In this document: one piece after another, positions 54,501-64,000 of the stretch
Position numbering within the stretch: the first letter of the stretch is position 1
Layout of the letters: each line of letters begins with the position of its first letter
Assembly: GCA_051362555.1 (NCBI GenBank)
Contig: CM120642.1
Span: 6,882,001 to 6,946,000 of the forward strand
Direction of reading: 5' to 3'
DNA: 64,000 nucleotides
DNA from: Lingula anatina
Lineage: Eukaryota > Animalia > Brachiopoda
Position numbers and translations under genes: made by a program
The notes under the pieces: model-generated
Told to the model about the DNA's origin: nothing
Database searches by the model: none
What the model saw: the letters and a program-made list of their open reading frames with translations, nothing else

Positions 54501-57500
54501 TGATGGCAAATTTATAATTTATGGCAGTCCTTTTCTCAGGTCAACTTTCACATAATGTCAACTGATAATCAGAAATCTTCTTTGACATCAAATCAAAGAA
54601 CTAGCTTTAAAAATAAATCTTACTCCTCAGTTCGCATCTTTTGACCAAACCCAATAAGACAGCGATGAGGGTCTCTGCCTTTGAAACTGTTGAATAAGTG
54701 AAGGTCTAAACTTGGCTTATGGCTCAAGTTAAAATATTAATGTAAGTGCACTTCATAAGAGGAGCAGCAACCCAATATTGATTTTGTCAGCAGAAACGCC
54801 AGCAAAATTTAGCATGCTTGGCTGCAATGACAAATGCATGTCAAGCGAAAGGCACACTGGACATGCGCTGCCACCTTGTGACACCTTAAAGGTATCTGCC
54901 CAACACTACGGCGCATGAACTGCACAAACAGGGCACGAAAGATCTGTCAACCAATCAATAGTCCCATGAACCATCACATATTGCAGCAGCTGCGGGGGAA
55001 TTGAATCTGAGAGACCAAAGCAGATTCAGTTGATAGTGTATTAGATCAATACAAATTAACTTAAAGTGAAGAACAAATTCTGCTGTTTTCTTTGCTAGAC
55101 ATCTTCGGGCTGTTTGCAGTCATGGGGAGAAGGGTGCCGTAACGAACAGCACAAACATTATTGTATTGACAAATCAACTTCCTGACGGAAGGATAGAAGA
55201 GAACAGTTTTAGGCAAAGTCGGGACAAGTCGAAAAGGTGATGAGGAAAATGACTGTGATTTTCTCCCTGCAGTTATTATTTTAAGTTTCTACTCTGAAGG
55301 CCTGAGGTGAGAAAATAACAAATGCAGCTATTGATCAACCTATACAAACTGGGTGATGGAAATGATGTGTTTCTAGATTGAGGAAATGATACAATATCAG
55401 TTCTATTGTTGTTGTTTTTTGTCCCTTTCAGATTCAGAAGAATAAGTGTAGGCTACTGCTTCCACATCTCTGCACAGGAAATCAGGACTAAAGGTATGCA
55501 TTTTTTTCTCTGTCTGCAACAATAACAAATCTAATTTAAATAAATCTGAATCAATCATAATTGAAACATGTAGTTACTCTGCAGTGGCAAAGATAATGAT
55601 GCACAGCTGCAAAACAATATAGTTTTATACATAGTTCAGGTACAAAAAAAAATACATGATATTATGTAAAGCATTATGATTAATTTTTTATAATTTGATA
55701 CACTGTTTGGTGTCATAAAAGACTTTCTCCTTCAAAATAATGGCGTGTGTGTGTGCGTGTGCGTGTGAGTATGTGAGCATGTGTGTATGAGTGCATGTTT
55801 GTGCTTATATTGGTGCATGTGTGATTGTCTTGCCATTTGATTCAAACATCACATTTTTACCCTCTCCCCATTATTTCCAACCAACATACAGAACAACATA
55901 CATAAGTTCAACCAATGGTGCACATTTTCTCACGATGCAAATCAATGTTTTTTCCTCGCGGGCACTATGCTAACTGTACAAGATGGCCAATTTGTAACAA
56001 GTGGTTCATGTACACGTCTCCCTGAAGAAATGAGCATTTCATGATCACAATGGTTTTCTTAATATATCTGCAATGATTAATCCAAACCTATTACATCTTT
56101 AGCTTTTTTTCATATGAACTACACCAAGGCTGTTCACCTAGAAATAAGTCCAACTGCTTTTATAAGGATGGTGGAATCTAGAAGAAATCCTATAATACAT
56201 TGGAATATGAAATGAGAAATAATCTGGCAATTCCCCAAATAGCTAACGTTAAATTGTATTACTGTTTAGTAATCTACTTTCCTATTCATTATTGATAGAT
56301 TCCTCTGAGAAGTTTTATATCTGCCATCTTAGAACTGTATCCATCAAAATTATTCTACATCTGACCATAATCCAAGAACCTGCATACTGATAATTGCCTC
56401 CTCCAATGAAACACAAAATTTTCCTTCCCACTGGTTGGTTGGTTGGTTTGGTAGCGAACAGGATAATTCACAAATTAATATGAAATTCTGATGTGAAGAT
56501 ATTTGAGAGGAGGGGTGGAGTGCTTGTAGTTGGAACTAAAACTGGGTCACTTTCTTTTTGAAGAGATATATTATTCTTATTATTCACAATTTGCCTTAGC
56601 AGAGACCTATCTGCACCCTCAAACTGATCTGATATTTGATAATGTGTTTGTTCTATACAATATGTTTGATGGAAAGAGCACTTATTACAAAACCTGTTAA
56701 GTCAAACTAATGGAAATTGATGTAAAAAATATTTCCAATAAAAACCCATCTTTTAAGCTTCTATGTTTCTTCAATTTCTATAAATACACTAAAATGCACA
56801 AACAGCAGCAGCACCAAGTCAACAGAAAGCAGGAAACTGTAAGTTTGTAATACTTCATCATGATGAACAGTTAAATAAAAAGGGCTCAAAATTAAATATA
56901 TTTCTGAAAACAATGCTTCATAAGTAATGCCTACAAAGGCGAAACATGAATTTTTGAGAATCAAGTCAATATCAGAAACTAGATTTTTGTGAACAGGACA
57001 AATACATAAATCTTTATGTGAAAAAAAAAGATACCCAAATAAGAGACGTACTTGAAAATTATGAGTAATTACCATAAACATAAAGCTAGTTATCAACACC
57101 ATCTTGGAGAGATTAATCAGAGAAAAGATAGTTAAGATCGACCTATTGATTCGCAAACAGTCAAAGTGCCACAACTTATCTGGTTGAATGACAAGTTAAA
57201 TCAGAAGCCATTTTTGTTCAGCTTATTTTGTGATTTCCCCCAGGCATTTGACAAGAGTGGCATTTCTTTATAATCATTATCTTAGCTGAGGACCCGTCTC
57301 CCAAAGGAAACAGATAAGACACCCAGAAATCACCCCCAATCTTCGTTTAACCAAATTCTCTGCAGAAAAAAAAGTGAGTGCTTCAGAAAGTAATCAAGAC
57401 CTGGTTTTGGCTTTCAGGGTCTCAAGAGATTTTTTCCAACTATATGAATAAATAATGAGCTTGATCTTTTTACCTGTTCACTTATATTAACAGATATGTT

Positions 57501-60500
57501 TGTATTAAACAATGATTTCATTCTGTACATATTATCGCCTATATAATTAAGCATAGTAAAGGTGGATTTATACTCAAACTGAGCTGATGTATCTTTGTTT
57601 GACCTATCGTAGCAGACTGAGGCCCTTTTCACATCAAGCAGTAGCTTTCAGAGTGGCACCTCTTTGCAAGATTGGATGACTTGGCATTTGACAAGTGCCA
57701 ATCAAAAGTCAACCTGCAATCTGGTACCTTTTTTATGCGACTGGTCAATGTAAGTAATCTCCACAGTTTGATTCAATTTTTCATCTACAATTCCCTGAAC
57801 TTGATGCATTTTCCCCACAAAAAATGACAGCACTTATTCAGGTATCGGGCAATCAATATTTTTCCACAGTTCTAGGTGGTACTTGATACAACAAGTCAGG
57901 AACTTTATGAAAAATATTTCCTTAGCTTGGAAGAATGTGAGAAAGGCTGAAGGATAGTGAAAGTCTAAAAGATACTTAATCAGTAAAGTACAGTAAAAAT
58001 GCAAATGTTTTACTGACTTACATTAAACTAATACCCAAATATGGAAGCTCTTTCTAGGTAAAAGAGTTCACCCATCAAGGTGAATCTTTGAGTGATTTCC
58101 ACATTAATAAAAAAAAAACATACAAAACTGTGGCTCATTATTTCTAATAAAACCAAATCTGATGAAATATACATAAGTTAGTCATTCTCAGTTTCATATG
58201 ATTAATCAAACGTTTGTACGGGAGCAGGAAAAACTGCCCATAAGTTAACTTCTGACTACTAAATGTGTGCACACACACATGATATGTAAATGTATTTGTG
58301 GGTGACAAGTGTCAATATGTGTGTATATGTGCACACCCTGTTTACTTGCAATGCCAAATATCAAAACTGTCTGTGATATACCTTGTCCCAGTCATCTATA
58401 CTATTTATCAAAGCAATAAAATGCCCAAGGCCCTTTTGTCTGCCAACAATAAAAGTAACATTTTTTATGTAAAAATATATATTTGCTCATCAAAAATATA
58501 ATAAATATAAGTATTAGTATCAAAAATCAATTTTGATTATCAATATGTGTCCATTAAACAAATTTCGTGTAAAATGTATGGCTTTGTAGGAATGCAAATT
58601 AGATTTTCGTGCAAAATTGAGTGCACAGATTGCTTGCATTCAAGCTCCCCAGAGTACTGGAGATTGTTTGAAAAAAACTCCTCGCAAACACATCGACACA
58701 TGTTCACGCAATCAGGAGTATCACAGTTCGCACTGATGTTAATCGAATCAGGAGTGAAAGTGACACCGGGCCACCTGGTGGGGGGTTTATCAACCACAGC
58801 AGCCATATGTTCATGATTTTTGTTTCCCCGAGTAAAATTCTCATAAACGTCCTTCATCATCAAGAGAATGATGTTATATCTAAATACTCATACGTGACTT
58901 GCATGTGCAACTTACATAATCAAACTGTGTTTTAGATCATAGCATTTTTTTCGACATTGCCGTCTTTGATGTGAAATTAAGTCACTGCCTTTCAATTAAT
59001 ATAGCTAATTATTCTAACGTAACACTTGAAATGAAATGTTCTTTTGATAGAAAAAAAATCCTCAGGCAAATATATTGGCACATCATTACTTAAGAAACAT
59101 ATGGCATCTACTCAGAAATGATAGAGGGTTGCAATTAAAAAGACTTATTTACTTACTTAGATATCCAGACAACAGCAATTTCAACACTTTGACGACACTT
59201 TTGAAATGAACTAATCATTACATCATTATATTTTCTGAGATTTAAGTCCTATCAAATCCAGGTATTTTTCCATCAGTATTTTCCTCTCCATCTGTTTGCA
59301 GCATTTGCCCTTTGATATCACTATTTCCGTTTGTATTGTTGGTCCTAACAATTCTTAATAATCAGCCAAAAGACCTTGTTATTTTAAATATCTGTTACCT
59401 TCACAGAACTATTTACTTCTAGCAAACCCTACACATTTTCATAATGCAAATCATGTTCAATTCAACGTTTTTCATTTTGATTTCCTTTCACTGAAATTAG
59501 CTATTGATTTATATTTAATTAAACTAATTTGACAAAAAGGTAAAAATATCAGTGATAATGCAATCTTTATAACTGTTATTGAAGTACCCAATGACCCTTT
59601 CCATGGAAGCATTGAATTGTCATAGCTTGCAAGTTATGACCATGGATCATTCTTATATAACAGTGATACTACTCTATCAATCAAATCCACTTTGATTAAG
59701 AAAAAAATAATTGATTTTCCACTGGAGTAAAACTGCCATCAACATCTATCTTTTCTGAACTTAATTTACACAGAATGTTCACTTCATCATTTTTCATCTG
59801 TGAATCCTAAACTTTTTCTTCCTATTGCTTGTAAGAAATGTGTTTGACATGTGCATATAACAGATAACATTTATTGAACGGGCAAACACAATGACAACAC
59901 GCTCAGTGGCATGAACAGCCAATGAGCAGATACTGTTGTTCCTTCCCAAGACGTCTTATAAGAACACAAAGAGAGGAGACAACTTGTCAATTTCTTCTCC
60001 AGACAACAAGGGAGAACATATTACAAAGACAAAGAATTTGTAATACAGGAAGTCTCGAAAAAAAAATAAAGAAAAAAAGCGAACTGGTCCCACTGGGAAC
60101 ACTGAAATCCATTCTACTCCAGAACTAATAAGAATAAAGAACAGCCAGTGATAAGATAGAACTGTCCAACAAGGACCTGAAAGTGTCTGGGGAAAATTAA
60201 ACTTTCCAATTTCCAATCTTAGTATTCAATTAGTCTGCATGTACTGTATCTACAGGACAAATAAACAACGAGGTATCTCGGCCAGAAGACAAATCAATCT
60301 TGTCTGTTCAAAAATAGGGTGAATTATCTTAGTTTCAATACAAATCTTGATTGCAGCTTACCATGTTTAAAATGTTCATAATGCACCAAATATGACCCTC
60401 TATCATTTCCTTCCTTCTTCATTCCGATTTCGCAAATACACCTTGGATAATTTCAAGTAGATAAGAACAATCTTAAATTGTGCTAGTAGAGAAAAGTTTC

Positions 60501-61241
60501 TGCTGATGGTAGATTCAACAATGATGAAAGCAGAGGCCAGTTTCTCAGACACAAGCACTTATTCAAGTTGATGTATTTCTGGTTAAACTAAGCTCATGAT
60601 CTCAGTGGGCACTGACCTTTCCATAGACACCAGGTGGCAGTGCAATAGCAAAATCAATCAACTCTGTCCTCCAAAATACTTACTTAAAATTTGGTCAATT
60701 GTTTTTCTTTTCTAAAATAAACCTATTCCTTTGTGACAATTATCTCTCATAATGCTGCATCTGATACATTTTTAAGTTCTGATGTTTAATCAACTGTTTA
60801 ACGCATTTTCAAGTGGAAAATCATGCTCAAAGATTTCATAAAATATTTCTCCTAAAACACATTTTAAGACCTTGCAAACTCAACTTTTTAAAAACATTTT
60901 TGGCTACATTTTAATCACTTGAAAAAGGGGCCAAAAATCAGAATGATTTTATCAGAAGATGAATTAGAGACGTGATGTAATTTTACTTGAAAACTCATGA
61001 ATATTCATGCAGATTTACAAACACAATGGGAGACCCATCAGCTGAGTCATCCTAATATGATTGCATACTTTATATGCAAAACAGATGCTTAATTGGAAAA
61101 TGCAATTGACTGTTAATCAGATAATTTTTTAGTCCATCCTTAATAAGTCGTTATGAAGGGAAGTTCTGGCTTTGGTCTTAGTTTCTCCCCAGGACATACA
61201 GTTCATTGACGGGACACATACTGACCTGTGAACCTATCTAA

Positions 61242-61277
61242 CCCCCCCCCCCCCCCCACACACACACACACACACAC
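61242..61277. repeat. poly-C followed by (CA)n
   Basis: Directly visible. Confidence 0.9.
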
Positions 61278-64000
61278 CTTTTCCCCTCCTTTAACCTTTA
61301 AAACTTTATGTTTCTGAAGTCAAATGAAAAAACTTATATTTTTCTACAACTGCAATTACAGATTTTATATTGTTTCATTTATAAATGTGTAAATTTGCCT
61401 TATTCTATTTTTTTTTTCAGTCTTTCATCTGAATCTTTGACTTGGCTCTCCTCATTCTACCATCAAATTTGTTCCATTTTCCTCAGTTCCATTTCTCTCT
61501 TTCATCTTGCAAACCAATATTTTCCATTCTATCTAAGTGTATTTCTGCATATTCTGAGCATTTCCCTATCCATCTATCTTTCAAATCATAAAAAATATCT
61601 GCAGCCTTAGTGAAAACATCAGCCCTATGCCTAACACCCTTCCATCTTAATGGGGTAATTACAAGCACACTTTCAGCATAAGTGCTAAATAACCAAGTTA
61701 CATACAATTACACAGGGGGACATGGTAATTTCCATGAACCCACCCAACGTGTAATTATGTCACTTTAACTCATTAACATGTGTATACAGAAATTTTACCC
61801 AATACCTGTGGGATATGTAAATAAAGTAGGATGTATTTATAAAACTTGGTTAATGTGTTGACGAGGGTGATGTAATGAATGTGCATCAGTTTCCTAGAAA
61901 TGGATTTGACTAATATCAATCCTACTGAGACATTCCTCATAAAAAAGCAATAGTATGTGAGAATAGCTAAGTAGAATCATCAGCGTGAGCAGTGTACAAT
62001 ATTTAGTGCTATATCTTTTTAAGACAAATGGGTTTCTTTAATATGTTGCCTGTTAGTATAGGCTTCCTCTCGTTTTGTTATAAATAATCAATGAAATAAA
62101 AACAATTCTGGTATGTTATTAATACACAAAATGAAAAAGAAAATCTTTTATTATGTATGAAATATGTGATACCTCCAGTAAACAGACCAGTGTTCTACAT
62201 TTACAAGCTGTTTCATTTCACTCCTGAAACCCTTTAAAACGTGTTTTTAAAAATGACAGACTTTTTTCCCATCCTATCTAGTCTATAGCACTTATCCAAA
62301 CACCACCTTCCCCCTACCACAGCGCACTCATGCAAAACTACCATCCTGACTGCAAAAGATGAAAATATCTAAACATTTATTTTGGGCGGTACATCGGGAG
62401 CTGTTGGGACAGCTGAGGGAGTTGTAAGCTTAATAGAATGGGAAGAGTTATGTCAACAAATAATTTGTGAAAGAAATCACCAATCAGCGCACAGTAGTGA
62501 TGGTGCAGAAGGAAGGCATAAAGTACGCTCAGATGGCAAAGGTGGATCCGGAAGACGATAAGGAGGCCAAATACAGGTGTAGCGGATAATTTCATCTCGG
62601 TGCTAATACATATATCAGCTTTAAGGGCCGGGTGGTGAAGGGGGATGTTAAATGCTAACTATCAATTAGATATGTATATTTGTCTAGTGAAGAAATTTGT
62701 AGGTAGACCAGCAACAGTATATATAAGAGCATGCCAGATTTTTACATCAATCAAAAATGCCACCATAAATCACTTGTATAGATGAAAGCTATATGTCTTT
62801 CGATTTCCACAGATGAAACAATAATTTTCAATTTGTGGCTATAAGTATTACTGAAACAATGAGGTGCACTTTATTCAAATGACAAAAATTAAAATAAATA
62901 ATATTCACCCTTTAAGGTACTAAAGATTTCGTGTCTTGAATAAATATTCTCAGATCAGCATATGACAGAAGAAAGCAAATCAGCAATCATTTGATTTAAA
63001 TAATAATAATGATAATAATAAGCTTTAAGAGCAGATCTGACAGAGGAAGAGAAACACGGCTGACTAGCTCTTTAACTAAACACCTGGCACACCTGAAAGT
63101 CCACCTGTCTCAATGGATGCTTATCAAACAAAATAAAACCCATGTTTTTTCCTGCTGACCACAAATTCCTCCTCATTTCTGCAGCTGGTCACCTCAATGA
63201 TAACTGTAACACAGGAAACCACAGCTATGTACTACCTTTGTCAAGAGTGTTCCCATGTGTTTTTGTACTACTACGGACAATGTGAGAAGTGGTCTGGTGA
63301 CTTCCAAACTACACTTTTGGAGAAGTCTACGGAAACCACACTAAAAGCTACAATATATATTTGTGTCACTAAATTTTTGCTGTTTTTATTACAAAGGCCC
63401 CACTTTGAAACAACACATATAGAAAAGAATTACAAGGAAACCCCACTACAAGCTGTTTATTCAGGTCACTAAAATTGTTGGTTTTATCATACCGAAAGCA
63501 AAATTGAAAAATGTCATCAAGCATCAAAGGGGTTTTATTTGTTTATTATTACTCAAAAAACTTCCGATTTAGTTCTTTCAATAAAAAACTTTTTAAAAAA
63601 TTATGGCATTAATTCAATACATCTTCTAATTTTAACATGTTGATATACGGATTACCATTCTGTAGATTTTTTTCATTTGGTAAACAAAATCCAAAAACAA
63701 ATCTAATAGTCTTCTAATGGATAGCATAAATATAAATAAACCTTTTAACCCCCTTTTGTAAGTGGTTTTACCTCCATGGATACTAAAGCAATCTATTCTA
63801 TTCTACCTCCAGCAGTACAGCATTCTCATTATGGGAAGCCATAAATAAACCTAGCTTTTTTTTACGGACAGAAAATACAACCAGTGGGTCCCCGGTGGTC
63901 AGAAAATGAGCCTTTTGGGAATGCAGTTTTAAGTCTCTAACAGACCACTGCTTTAAATGCTCCTAGCGATAGAAACATACGAATGCTGGGATAAAAAAGA

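Noticed and set aside
56761-58863. 137-aa and 107-aa minus-strand ORFs
   Set aside because: Low-information composition, no domain similarity, and no AspRS motifs or fitting splice phases.

Overview
This is AT-rich animal (eukaryotic) genomic DNA, probably invertebrate (inference from intron structure, microsatellites and MITE types). Most ORF-track entries are noise. Two genes can be supported. (1) A plus-strand, single-coding-exon type-I membrane protein (28704-31067) with about 25 LRRs, LRRNT/LRRCT caps, one TM helix and a short tail lacking any TIR domain. (2) The 3' part of mitochondrial aspartyl-tRNA synthetase (DARS2) on the minus strand, reconstructed by hand as 7 GT-AG-bounded exons between 49985 and 38335, convergent with the LRR gene. 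The most striking observation is the 47-bp minisatellite at ~38790-39796. It is a ~21-fold tandem amplification of the 3' end of the penultimate DARS2 exon ([11 protein letters not shown], start of class II aaRS motif 3) together with its splice donor. The real exon is the terminal unit, and ~20 decoy donors, each closing a potential in-frame 30-nt microexon, fill most of the last intron. The window also holds a 69-bp minisatellite with a similar GT..AG layout, several MITEs (one young with ~155-bp TIRs, one with a 5-bp TSD), degenerate local duplications and microsatellites. No CRISPR, rRNA or tRNA was seen.
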